Virus record (IMG/VR): IMGVR_UViG_3300017716_001227
Coordinates: 1 to 35,131 of that record
DNA: 35,131 bases
From: a virus
Taxonomy: Duplodnaviria > Caudoviricetes
Reading direction: 5' to 3' (one strand)
How positions within the stretch are numbered: position 1 is the first letter of the stretch; each line of letters opens with the position of its first letter. Positions 1 to 8,363 of this stretch are shown here, one piece after another. The notes beneath the pieces were generated by a model. The model did no database searches, had not been told where the DNA came from, and saw only the letters and a list, made by a program, of their open reading frames with translations. The translations under genes and the position numbers were made by a program.

Positions 1-2
1 CG

Positions 3-158
3 CGATTGTGTGGGGAGTTCGTGAAGGTGAACGGCCTGAACGAACCACGCGAAGACTGGCACCACAACTTGATTCACCCGTCAGGGGAATGCTCGCATGG
101 CAATGATCTTGTCTCTTCGGCGAGCGCCGATACTCACATCAACCATCAAACAACCTGA
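3..158 (+). CDS. Partial hypothetical protein (5' end outside window)
   Basis: Open frame RLCGEFVKVNGLNEPREDWHHNL...HQTT* running from the window edge to TGA at 156-158. Confidence 0.5.
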   Translation, partial: RLCGEFVKVNGLNEPREDWHHNLIHPSGECSHGNDLVSSASADTHINHQTT

Positions 159-209
159 ACACTTTGAACTCGGAGCGGTCGTCGGTTGATCTGCCGCGCC
201 TTGTTCGAC
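121..209 (+). other. attC-like imperfect hairpin (putative cassette recombination site)
   Basis: CGAGC(121-125)/GTTCG(203-207) outer arms and CACATCAACC(135-144)/GGTTGATCTG(184-193) inner arms with equal 9-nt spacers; GTTCGAC(203-209) is the exact reverse complement of GTCGAAC(470-476) at the end of the next gene. Confidence 0.4.
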
Positions 210-218
210 CTCTTAATT

Positions 219-482
219 ATGAAATTCCAAATAGGCAAATACTACCAACACGGCACAGGCCGCGTCATCTCGATCATCGGCACAGCTAACACGTTCTTCC
301 ACGGGTCTTGCCTGTTGGCAGAAGAGGAAGGCGGAGGACTAACACCCGTCGGAGTGGATGAGGATGCCGCGCAAAACTGGCATGAGGTGTCTGGATGGAG
401 GCGATCATGCTACGCTGGCAACAACATCCCTGACCCCAGCGAGTCAACTCCACGGGAGGCCAACTCTGAGTCGAACTTATAA
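219..482 (+). CDS. Hypothetical protein (cassette-like gene)
   Basis: ATG at 219 (MKFQIGKYYQHGTG...) preferred over TTG at 186; N-terminus resembles SH3-like 'G..Y.H.KG' small phage proteins. Confidence 0.7.
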   Translation: MKFQIGKYYQHGTGRVISIIGTANTFFHGSCLLAEEEGGGLTPVGVDEDAAQNWHEVSGWRRSCYAGNNIPDPSESTPREANSESNL

Positions 483-533
483 TATGGATAACGGAGAACA
501 AATAGAACAGTTTCAAAAGAAATTGGATAAATT

Positions 534-746
534 ATGAAAATACTTATAGCACCATATCTTTTTATCTATGCTAAAGAAGGTAAGATAAAATGTTTAACAG
601 TAGATGAAGCACACGAAGAAAAATTGACAAGTGAAGGATGGACGCACACCGCGACTATTAACCCTGCAAGATGGATTGAAACTATGGCGAATGGCAATCA
701 AGACCCATCAGATATGTTAGATGAAATTCAATTCAAAAACCCATGA
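534..746 (+). CDS. Hypothetical protein
   Basis: 70-aa ORF with ATGA overlap onto the next gene. Confidence 0.75.
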   Translation: MKILIAPYLFIYAKEGKIKCLTVDEAHEEKLTSEGWTHTATINPARWIETMANGNQDPSDMLDEIQFKNP

Positions 747-1879
747 GTATCGTAAACGATAAATTTAGATTTCACATTCTCGGCTTACCACACACAGTAA
801 GTTCCAAGGAGTTTAACGCCTGCGCTTACACCCAAAAAGTAGTGAAGTTCGGGAAAATGATGACCGAGCGCGGCCACGAAGTAATCCACTACGGCCACGA
901 AGACTCCGATCTAATCTGCACAGAACACGTTTCTGTCCTGACAAACGATGACTTCAATAAAAGCTATGGATCACATGACTGGAGGAAGACATTCTTCAAG
1001 TTCAATACGAATGACCATGCCTACCAAACATTCTACCGAAATGCTATTAAGGCAATCGGGCAGCGAAAGAAGAAGAATGACTTCATCCTACCCTTCTGGG
1101 GAAGCGGAGTTCGTCCTATCTGTGACGCGCATCCTGACCTAATCACAGTTGAGCCGGGCATAGGATATGCAGGCGGACACTGGGCAAGGTGGAAGGTATT
1201 TGAATCCTACGCGATCTACCATGCGTTCTGCGGAATGCAGGCAGTAGGGAATTGCCAGCAAGATAACTATGCCGTGGTCATCCCAAACTACTTCGACAAA
1301 GAAGACTTCGACTTCTGTGACCAGAAAGAAGATTACTTTCTCTATCTGGGTAGGGTATATAGCGGAAAAGGTGTGGATATTGCTATAGATGCCACAAAAC
1401 GGGCAGGGGTTAAGCTGGTAATAGCAGGGCAAAAAGAGGAAGGTTACGAGCTACCAGACCATGTAGAGTATGTAGGATACGCTGATGTTCCTACCAGAAA
1501 GAGGCTCATGGCGAAGGCAAAGGCATCTTTCGTCCCAAGTCAGTATGTAGAACCATTCGGAGGAGTCCAGATCGAAAACCTACTCTCTGGCACACCTACA
1601 ATTACCTCAGACTGGGGATCATTCACCGAGAATAACTTGCATGGGATTACAGGATTCCGCTGCCGCACTATGGGTGACTATGTAGATGCGGTCGCAAATA
1701 TCGACCAGATCAACCCGTATGACTGCCGCAAGTTTGGCGAGAACTTCACGCTGGAGAAGGTTGCGCCTCTGTATGAAAAGTATTTCAGCGATGTCCTTGA
1801 TGTCTATGATGGCGCAGGATGGTATGCAAACGGAAACGGCATTGATGCCATGACGAGGTTCTATCCAAGTATTATATGA
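743..1879 (+). CDS. Glycosyltransferase, GT-B fold (GT4/Glycos_transf_1-like)
   Basis: RGHEVIHY, VIPNYFD, YLGRVYSGKGVDIAI and the EPFGGVQIE (E-x7-E) motif. Confidence 0.9.
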   Translation: MSIVNDKFRFHILGLPHTVSSKEFNACAYTQKVVKFGKMMTERGHEVIHYGHEDSDLICTEHVSVLTNDDFNKSYGSHDWRKTFFKFNTNDHAYQTFYRNAIKAIGQRKKKNDFILPFWGSGVRPICDAHPDLITVEPGIGYAGGHWARWKVFESYAIYHAFCGMQAVGNCQQDNYAVVIPNYFDKEDFDFCDQKEDYFLYLGRVYSGKGVDIAIDATKRAGVKLVIAGQKEEGYELPDHVEYVGYADVPTRKRLMAKAKASFVPSQYVEPFGGVQIENLLSGTPTITSDWGSFTENNLHGITGFRCRTMGDYVDAVANIDQINPYDCRKFGENFTLEKVAPLYEKYFSDVLDVYDGAGWYANGNGIDAMTRFYPSII

Positions 1880-2103
1880 GTGACACAACAATTACAGATG
1901 AGATAAAGTGCTTGTCACTCATTGAAGTGATGGGAATGCCAAGTGAAAGAAGGGAGATTGCTTTAGGCGTGTTGCGAGCTATTAAAGAGCGCGATGAAGT
2001 AATCAATGTAATACGAGAAACATTGGAAGAAAACAGACATCTTGCCGATGGGGATGACTGCACATTGAGGAAACTTAAAGCAATAGTTACAGACTGGAAA
2101 TAA
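1876..2103 (+). CDS. Hypothetical protein
   Basis: 75-aa ORF translationally coupled (ATGA) to the glycosyltransferase. Confidence 0.7.
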   Translation: MSDTTITDEIKCLSLIEVMGMPSERREIALGVLRAIKERDEVINVIRETLEENRHLADGDDCTLRKLKAIVTDWK

Positions 2104-2105
2104 AT

Positions 2106-2651
2106 ATGAGTGACTACACATTTGAATCAAACTACTGGGGAGATTGCTGTAATACATTTGACGAGGATCAGAAGCACTATGTTTATGCTCGCTATATGGG
2201 ATTGAAGCAAGTTGGCTACTCGTTTGATGTAGAGGGTAAATCCATTGTTGATATTGGCGGCGGCCCGACATCCATGCTTCTCAAGACACTTAATCTTAAT
2301 AAAGGACTGGTAGTTGATCCGATTAATTATCCAGTTTGGACGTTCTTAAGGTATTCCATTAAGAATATCAATGTGATGGTATCCCGTGGAGAGGATTTTA
2401 TCAGTAACGATAGATTTGATGAGTGCTGGATATACAACTGCCTCCAGCATACAGACGATCCAGAGCTAATCATTCAAAACGCACTAAAGTCAGCAAAGAC
2501 ACTAAGAATCTTTGAGTGGATCAATGTGCCAGCGCATGACGGGCATCCAGTAGAACTAACAAAAGAGAAGTTAGATCAATGGATAGGTAAAGAAGGTAAA
2601 ACAATCCAACTCGCCGAGTCAGGGTGCTACGGAACCGCTTACTACCTATGA
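2106..2651 (+). CDS. Class I SAM-dependent methyltransferase
   Basis: Motif I-like IVDIGGG; FDECWIYNCLQHTDDP matches the FD...vL(E/Q)H..dP pattern. Confidence 0.8.
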   Translation: MSDYTFESNYWGDCCNTFDEDQKHYVYARYMGLKQVGYSFDVEGKSIVDIGGGPTSMLLKTLNLNKGLVVDPINYPVWTFLRYSIKNINVMVSRGEDFISNDRFDECWIYNCLQHTDDPELIIQNALKSAKTLRIFEWINVPAHDGHPVELTKEKLDQWIGKEGKTIQLAESGCYGTAYYL

Positions 2652-3037
2652 ACTGGGATGAATACGCAATGAGCATAGCAGAGGTAGTGGCTAAGAAGTC
2701 TAAAGACCCATGGTGTAAAGTAGGCGCGGTGATCCTCCGAGAAGACCATTCCATAGCCTCTGTAGGGTATAATGGATTCCCTCAAGGTGTAGAAGAAGAC
2801 TGGTCAGACAGAGAAGAAAGAAGGAAGTATGTAATCCATGCAGAACAGAACGCCCTGAGATATACAAGTCCGGGCGAAGGAAAGACACTGGTATCCACCC
2901 TGCTCCCATGTAGAGATTGCCTAAAGACCATAGCCACCTATAAGATAAAGAGAGTCCTCTACAAAGATATTTACAAATCCGACCCGATAGCCTTAGAGAT
3001 AGCAGAAAAAATGGGAGTCACACTAATCAAATTATGA
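2648..3037 (+). CDS. dCMP deaminase (cytidine/deoxycytidylate deaminase family)
   Basis: SKDP..KVGAVI, GYNGFP, HAEQNA and PCRDC zinc motifs; start MNWDEY at 2648 with ATGA overlap. Confidence 0.93.
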   Translation: MNWDEYAMSIAEVVAKKSKDPWCKVGAVILREDHSIASVGYNGFPQGVEEDWSDREERRKYVIHAEQNALRYTSPGEGKTLVSTLLPCRDCLKTIATYKIKRVLYKDIYKSDPIALEIAEKMGVTLIKL

Positions 3038-3117
3038 GCGACGAAATCTTAGCACTAATAATAGCATGGAGCATAGTAACAACCTGCTTCATTATAGAAA
3101 TGATAACAAGACGATGA
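3034..3117 (+). CDS. Small membrane peptide (27 aa)
   Basis: MSDEILALIIAWSIVTTCFIIEMITRR*, ATGA-coupled at both ends; below the ORF-track cutoff. Confidence 0.55.
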   Translation: MSDEILALIIAWSIVTTCFIIEMITRR

Positions 3118-3263
3118 CCGCCTGCCACCAAGCATTCCTAAACTACTACCCCTACCTAACCGAGAAATACGAAGACTTCAACGTCTGGTTATTCTCACAA
3201 GAACTAATCTGCGTAGCCTTCAGACAAGGCTGGGCATCTTGCAACGATTATCGTAACCAATAA
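3114..3263 (+). CDS. Hypothetical protein
   Basis: MTACHQAF... start at 3114 by ATGA coupling. Confidence 0.6.
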   Translation: MTACHQAFLNYYPYLTEKYEDFNVWLFSQELICVAFRQGWASCNDYRNQ

Positions 3264-3264
3264 C

Positions 3265-3585
3265 ATGAATACTGAAATAAATAACACACCTAAAACGGAT
3301 AAATGCGTAAAAGACAACAAGCATATCAAATTCTTACAGGAAGATGCGTGGGATGGGGTGAACAAAATCACGTTTGAAAACCCAATAGTTCATCTATGTA
3401 GGATACTAGAGCGCGAGCGCGACGAGTTGAGGATGGAATTGAACGCTGAGATAAAAGCCCATAAAGAGACAACCGCTAAATGGAGTTGTGATAACATGGA
3501 AGTTACTGTTCTGCAATGCGATCTTAATCAAGCGCGGCGAAAAATAAATGAATTACTCAAAAAGCTATCTGTAACGATACTATGA
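3265..3585 (+). CDS. Hypothetical coiled-coil protein
   Basis: TPKTD...CRILERERDE pattern common in small phage proteins. Confidence 0.75.
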   Translation: MNTEINNTPKTDKCVKDNKHIKFLQEDAWDGVNKITFENPIVHLCRILERERDELRMELNAEIKAHKETTAKWSCDNMEVTVLQCDLNQARRKINELLKKLSVTIL

Positions 3586-4724
3586 ATACAACACTAATAC
3601 ACGGCGACTGCCTTGAAAAACTTAAAACAATTCCAGAGTCATCTGTTGACTCAATCGTTACAGACCCACCCTACGGATTAAATTTCATGGGTAAGAAATG
3701 GGATTACGACGTGCCAAGTGAGGCGATATGGCGCGAGTGCCTGCGGGTGTTGAAACCGGGCGGCTGCCTGCTGGCGTTCGCAGGCACCCGCACGCAGCAT
3801 CGGATGGCGGTGAGGATCGAGGATGCTGGCTTTGAGATTCGGGATATGATCGCGTGGGTATATGGACAAGGTTTCCCAAAAAGTCTGGACGTGAGTAAGG
3901 CGATTGACAAGGCGGCGGGGGCGGAGCGAACCGAGATCATCGGGAAGAGCGCGCGCCACGGCGGTGGGATCGTCGGCAATGGCAGTAGTTACGAAGTGAG
4001 CCCAGAAGTGCCGATGTTGTACGCCACCGAAGCCGCACGCCAATGGGCCGGATGGGGAACCGCCCTCAAGCCCTCGCTGGAGCCGATCACCGTCGCCCGA
4101 AAGCCTCTCGGTGAAAAGACGGTAGCTGCGAACGTGCTGGCGTGGGGCACGGGGGCAATCAATGTGGATGGGTGCAGGGTGTGGACGGATGGCGGAACTG
4201 CAAAAGGGAGCAAGCATCAAGGTGATGGAAATGGCATTTATGGGGCAGGGCTACACGGAGCTTGCGAAATAACGCAGTTGAACGCTGGAAGATGGCCAGC
4301 CAACCTGATCCACGACGGCAGCGACGAGGTGGTGGGGCTGTTTCCGAATACTAAGCCGGGCAGCGCAACACTCCATCCCGGCACAGATCGCGGTAGCCAG
4401 TTTGGGCAGATTGTCAGCAGCGCCCGAACAACGGGCTATGCCGACACCGGCTCCGCCGCCCGTTTTTTTTATGTGCCTAAAGCAAGCAAGCGGGATCGGG
4501 AAGGTTCAACCCATCCAACCATGAAACCCACCGACCTCATGCGCTACCTCTGCCGCTTAGTGACCCAGCCAAACGGAACCGTGCTAGACCCGTTCATGGG
4601 ATCAGGCTCAACAGGGAAAGCCGCGATGCTAGAGAAATTCAACTTCATAGGTATAGAACTAGACAAAACATACTTTGACATAGCCTCAAAACGAATAGCT
4701 ATCGTTAACGATAATTGCACATGA
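3582..4724 (+). CDS. DNA methyltransferase, beta class (N6-adenine/N4-cytosine)
   Basis: VTDPPY (motif IV), RVLKPGG, HPTMKP and LDPFMGSGSTG (motif I) in beta order; no cognate endonuclease nearby. Confidence 0.95.
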   Translation: MNTTLIHGDCLEKLKTIPESSVDSIVTDPPYGLNFMGKKWDYDVPSEAIWRECLRVLKPGGCLLAFAGTRTQHRMAVRIEDAGFEIRDMIAWVYGQGFPKSLDVSKAIDKAAGAERTEIIGKSARHGGGIVGNGSSYEVSPEVPMLYATEAARQWAGWGTALKPSLEPITVARKPLGEKTVAANVLAWGTGAINVDGCRVWTDGGTAKGSKHQGDGNGIYGAGLHGACEITQLNAGRWPANLIHDGSDEVVGLFPNTKPGSATLHPGTDRGSQFGQIVSSARTTGYADTGSAARFFYVPKASKRDREGSTHPTMKPTDLMRYLCRLVTQPNGTVLDPFMGSGSTGKAAMLEKFNFIGIELDKTYFDIASKRIAIVNDNCT

Positions 4725-5186
4725 GCATCATATAACACCTGTCCATAGCTTTCTATTGACATACAAAAAGGCAGTTTTTCTCTGAGGAGGGGTATTACGA
4801 TTGCAGCATCTGCAAGTTGGGCTGTGTAGGGGAGGGGGGCAGGGGGTCGGCTTGCAGTATAATAAGAGATTCCTTGGAGCTGTGGCCCTGCCTTGTGCCT
4901 CGGCCTGCTTAGTATAGCGTTGAGCATTGCCAGTGTCACAGCGTCGAGCGTGATGGCAGGTCTTATTGCGACTGAAAATATCTCAGGAACTACTACTGAT
5001 ATTATCAGAAGATACTAGTCTCATTAAGAGAAGCGCATAATGCAAGCGACTTGCAATAATCTTTGCGCTACGTTGCCCCATATCGCGTTTGTTTTAATCG
5101 GGCGGGATAGTGGCATGGGGAGTTTTGGGGAGCAATCGATATTTGAGGCGATAGCCGGCAGAGTGATTTTCGGTTGCGGGAAATGC

Positions 5187-5300
5187 TATGCCATACGCAA
5201 TATGGCAAACATCGCTGCATAGCGATATAGCTATGGCATAAGACCTGCTAATGATGTTCTTGCCATACTCAGTATGGTAAATATCGCTATATGCCGATAG
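5187..5300. repeat. Tandem palindromic units TGCCATA-N5-TATGG(C/T)A, each followed by an ATCG...CGAT inverted repeat
   Basis: Unit 1 at 5189-5226, unit 2 at 5261-5299, plus an extra TATGGCATA at 5232-5240. Confidence 0.7.
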
Positions 5301-5329
5301 AAGAGTGGCACGAGAATTGCTTGCCCTTA

Positions 5330-5383
5330 TCTAAAAATAATAAATAAAAATCTGTTGACATCTTGCGGAATATTTGCGATAGT
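5330..5383 (+). promoter_or_regulatory. Strong sigma70-type early promoter
   Basis: TTGACA(5355-5360)-17 bp-GATAGT(5378-5383) with TGn extension and an A-rich UP element, upstream of the small-gene cluster. Confidence 0.8.
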
Positions 5384-5538
5384 GTGCGCGTGCTGACTGC
5401 GGAAGCCCATTGAATGTGGCTCTGTGGACTGAATCACAAATTGCTCTTTGAGATAAAAAAACTTTTCGCTTTGGTAAAATGCCATTGCGGAATCAACCCA
5501 CATTGAAGATGACCAAAAATCAAACTTATACATTAAAA

Positions 5539-5667
5539 ATGAAACTCGCAGCACTGAACATTAAACTTATTGACGCGAAAAGAGCCAACCAACCAACGGA
5601 AAAATTGCAATCGGCTTTTGATGCTCTTGCAAAGTTAATCTCAACCCAGATCTCAACCCAGAACTAA
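5539..5667 (+). CDS. Small early protein
   Basis: MKLAALNIKLIDAK... after an A-rich leader. Confidence 0.55.
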   Translation: MKLAALNIKLIDAKRANQPTEKLQSAFDALAKLISTQISTQN

Positions 5668-5689
5668 ACCCAAATAGAAAAACCTAAAA

Positions 5690-5845
5690 ATGAAAACCTA
5701 CGAAGAAATATTGCAAGCTGTCATCCGATACATTGACAAACACGGGGAGACGCAGGATGTCATCGATAAGGTTGAAACCATGCTGCCTGATGCGTGGTCT
5801 GCAAACATCATTGCGGATGCATTAGACGACATAGCCTCCCGATAA
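5690..5845 (+). CDS. Small early protein (51 aa)
   Basis: MKTYEEILQAVIRYIDKHGETQDV...ASR*; A/C-rich leader; not in the ORF track. Confidence 0.7.
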   Translation: MKTYEEILQAVIRYIDKHGETQDVIDKVETMLPDAWSANIIADALDDIASR

Positions 5846-5867
5846 CATAAAACCAAAAATTAAAAAT

Positions 5868-6134
5868 ATGAAAATTACCGACATCAACGAAATTAAATCC
5901 GCAAATTCAAAATTCATTCCATCCCCCGACGGAGCATTCGGAACCTGTCGCATCCTCCCCGGCCAATACGCCCAGGAAAATCAACAGGAGTGGGAAGAGC
6001 GTGGTTCGATCGACGGAAAAGCCGTAAAGGTTTTTTACCTTTTCGAAAACTTTGAAGCGGAGGCGGAAGACGGAGCCGACATGCCTTTTGACGCGGACCA
6101 CATCACCCACATTGAAATCGAAGACGAAGAATAA
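5868..6134 (+). CDS. Acidic early protein
   Basis: 88-aa ORF, D/E-rich C-terminal half, A/C-rich leader. Confidence 0.8.
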   Translation: MKITDINEIKSANSKFIPSPDGAFGTCRILPGQYAQENQQEWEERGSIDGKAVKVFYLFENFEAEAEDGADMPFDADHITHIEIEDEE

Positions 6135-6152
6135 CACAAGCCAAACCACAAA

Positions 6153-6368
6153 ATGAAAATCTATATCTACGACACACGGGCCGAGGCTCTCGCAGCAAAA
6201 AACAAACTTGATGGCAGCACCTATTACTTGGGGCATTATCAGCGCCAAAGGCCCGATTATTCTGCTCGGAAAATACGCGGGGAGGATGGGTATTATATCC
6301 ACGTCCGCTATTATTATTTTCCCGGCACATTTTACGCCCGAAAAAATGGGCCTTTGCTTGCTCATTAA
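6153..6368 (+). CDS. Tyr-rich early protein
   Basis: 71-aa ORF with A/C-rich leader. Confidence 0.75.
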   Translation: MKIYIYDTRAEALAAKNKLDGSTYYLGHYQRQRPDYSARKIRGEDGYYIHVRYYYFPGTFYARKNGPLLAH

Positions 6369-6414
6369 GTTCCCCCGATAACACAAACCAAAACCTAATA
6401 GAATACATAATAAA

Positions 6415-6948
6415 ATGAACACCACAGAAAACAAAACTATCAGCGACGAAGAACCAGCCGTTTATATCGGCACGTATAACAAATATAACAGCGGGAGTAT
6501 TGGCGGGGCTTGGCTTAGTCTTGAGGGCCACGATGAAGACTCGTTTTATGAAGCTTGCCGGTTGCTACATTCCGATGAGTCAGACCCCGAGTTTATGTTT
6601 CAATCCTTCCAAAACTTCCCCCGTGAGTTTTACAGTGAAAGCGGCTTTGATTCCGCCTTGTGGGACTGGCTGGAATTAGGCGAGGATGACAGGCAATTAT
6701 TGGCTCAATACTGCGATGCTATCGGCAGCGATGGATTGACCTTTGAACAAGCACGGGATGCTTTTCACGGAACGGCTGACAGTTTCGCAGAGTTTGCGGA
6801 ACGCATGGCCGCGGACTGCGGAGACATCCCCAAAGATATGCCAAGCTGGATTGTCATCGACTGGCAAGCTTCATGGGATTGCGGCCTTCGTTATGACTAC
6901 GCAACGAGCGAAGATGACAACGGTATCTGGTTTTTTCTTAATCACTAG
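6415..6948 (+). CDS. ardA: Antirestriction protein ArdA (DNA mimic)
   Basis: VYIGTYNKYNSGSIGGAWLSL, ESDPEFMFQ, IDWQASW; strongly acidic. Confidence 0.9.
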   Translation: MNTTENKTISDEEPAVYIGTYNKYNSGSIGGAWLSLEGHDEDSFYEACRLLHSDESDPEFMFQSFQNFPREFYSESGFDSALWDWLELGEDDRQLLAQYCDAIGSDGLTFEQARDAFHGTADSFAEFAERMAADCGDIPKDMPSWIVIDWQASWDCGLRYDYATSEDDNGIWFFLNH

Positions 6949-6960
6949 CTTTAACCAATG

Positions 6961-6993
6961 AGCGGGATGTTCAATCCGTCCCGCTTTTCTTTT
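6961..6993 (+). terminator. Intrinsic terminator
   Basis: AGCGGGATG/CGTCCCGCT stem followed by TTTCTTTT. Confidence 0.75.
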
Positions 6994-6996
6994 CTT

Positions 6997-7107
6997 ATGA
7001 ATAAACTTTACTCTTCTCTTCAGTATAATCGCGCAAAGAATCGTTTTTTCGGTCTTTTGCTTGTCTTTTCCACAGTCGGCGCAATCCTGATCTTTATTCT
7101 ATCATGA
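6997..7107 (+). CDS. Small membrane peptide (36 aa)
   Basis: MNKLYSSLQYNRAKNRFFGLLLVFSTVGAILIFILS*, ATGA-coupled to 7104. Confidence 0.55.
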   Translation: MNKLYSSLQYNRAKNRFFGLLLVFSTVGAILIFILS

Positions 7108-7313
7108 AACTAACTATTAAAAACGGAAAACTCACGCCTTATGCTTTCGCTTGTGGCTATGTCGAAAGAAAAGAAAAGGACGATGACAACAGGCTAACAC
7201 TTTCCAAGGAACACGGGGCTTTTCATCTTCGCGGCTTTCTTGGCGGTGTTCATGTTTGGGAATGTCCCGATACTTTGACGGCAGGCCGAAAAATGATGCG
7301 CTCCCTTCTTTAA
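7104..7313 (+). CDS. Hypothetical early protein
   Basis: GKLTPYAFACGYVE motif, of a type seen in small phage early proteins. Confidence 0.75.
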   Translation: MKLTIKNGKLTPYAFACGYVERKEKDDDNRLTLSKEHGAFHLRGFLGGVHVWECPDTLTAGRKMMRSLL

Positions 7314-7328
7314 TCCCCTCCACACTAT

Positions 7329-7358
7329 GCGGGAAACGTCCCATCCGTTCCCGCTTTG
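7329..7358 (+). terminator. Possible terminator hairpin
   Basis: GCGGGAA...TTCCCGC stem with a short T run. Confidence 0.4.
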
Positions 7359-7513
7359 CTCTATGCGCCCCGCTATCGCGTTTTTATTACCTTTCCGCTA
7401 TAATGCCCCTTCCTCTTTTCTTTCGCGCATTCCTGCGGCTTTGATCGTTTCCGATAATCCCTCCACAAGATTTTTCCCTCCGCAACAAACCAAACACCTA
7501 ACAAAATAATAAT

Positions 7514-7915
7514 ATGGAAATTGAAATTACAACATTTTCAGAAATGAATTGCTTCACACTCTCACACTCTGCTTTTGAGGGTGGAGAAAATGCAGGTCAA
7601 AACACTTGGAATGCCTCAAAAAAGCAGGCTTTAAATTCCTCTCCACCCCTCAACACTCCCGAAAAATTGCAAGCTATGCGTGACTTTGCGCGTGAAAGTG
7701 GCGGATGGAATCGGGAGGAAATTGCGGCATGGAGTGATAATGAGTTAAACGCTCTATTCTTGCAATGGATTGCTGGGGATGTGCGCGAATTAGGCGCGGA
7801 TTCTTTGGGGGAAATTGACTGGGAAGAGGCCGAGGAAATGCAAAGCGAGGGACAAGCCCCTTCAAACATCTTCAAAGGCGACGATGGGAAGATTTACTTC
7901 TACCTTGGAAACTAA
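7514..7915 (+). CDS. Acidic early protein
   Basis: 133-aa ORF flanked by CCCTCCACAA doublets. Confidence 0.85.
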   Translation: MEIEITTFSEMNCFTLSHSAFEGGENAGQNTWNASKKQALNSSPPLNTPEKLQAMRDFARESGGWNREEIAAWSDNELNALFLQWIAGDVRELGADSLGEIDWEEAEEMQSEGQAPSNIFKGDDGKIYFYLGN

Positions 7916-7974
7916 ATAACCCTCCACAAGATTTTTCCCTCCACAACACAATAAACCCAACACAACACAACAAA

Positions 7975-8064
7975 ATGCAAACACTCGAATTGAAAACAGA
8001 TGCTCTTGAAAAAGCAATTCGGAAAGCTAAATATGCAATCGCCAAAGCAAGGGGGGAAGCGTGA
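7975..8064 (+). CDS. Small protein (29 aa)
   Basis: MQTLELKTDALEKAIRKAKYAIAKARGEA*, A/C-rich leader, GTGA-coupled to 8061. Confidence 0.55.
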   Translation: MQTLELKTDALEKAIRKAKYAIAKARGEA

Positions 8065-8285
8065 AAATCCAAAAAGTAACTTTCCCCGCTGGCGGGATTC
8101 TTGGACGATTCGCCCTCCACAAAGTAACCTCGCCATACTTTTCCGGCCATTGCTCGGCGTGGTTCGATGCCAAGGGCAAGCTACAGGATTGCGAATGGAT
8201 AAGGCGCGACGGGGTTCATCGAATGATACCTATAGGCACGCCCATGTATCGTTATCTGGAAAGTCTCGGCCAAGTCTATAAATAA
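8061..8285 (+). CDS. Hypothetical early protein
   Basis: 74-aa ORF, GTG start coupled to the upstream stop, followed by a terminator. Confidence 0.7.
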   Translation: MKIQKVTFPAGGILGRFALHKVTSPYFSGHCSAWFDAKGKLQDCEWIRRDGVHRMIPIGTPMYRYLESLGQVYK

Positions 8286-8297
8286 CCCTCCACAAGG

Positions 8298-8330
8298 GGC
8301 AGAAATAGTCCAATCCTATTCTGCCTTTTG
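8298..8330 (+). terminator. Intrinsic terminator between convergent genes
   Basis: GGCAGAAATAG/CTATTCTGCC stem followed by TTTT. Confidence 0.65.
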
Positions 8331-8363
8331 TAAATACTTTTTTATGACACGATTTTGCTCTAC

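Noticed and set aside
4756-4790. TTGACA at 4756-4761 as a promoter
   Set aside because: No acceptable -10 hexamer at 16-18 bp spacing
4544-5554. ORFs 4544-4939 (-), 5040-5222 (+) and 5327-5554 (-)
   Set aside because: Atypical composition; they overlap the MTase, palindromic units or promoter; no translation leader
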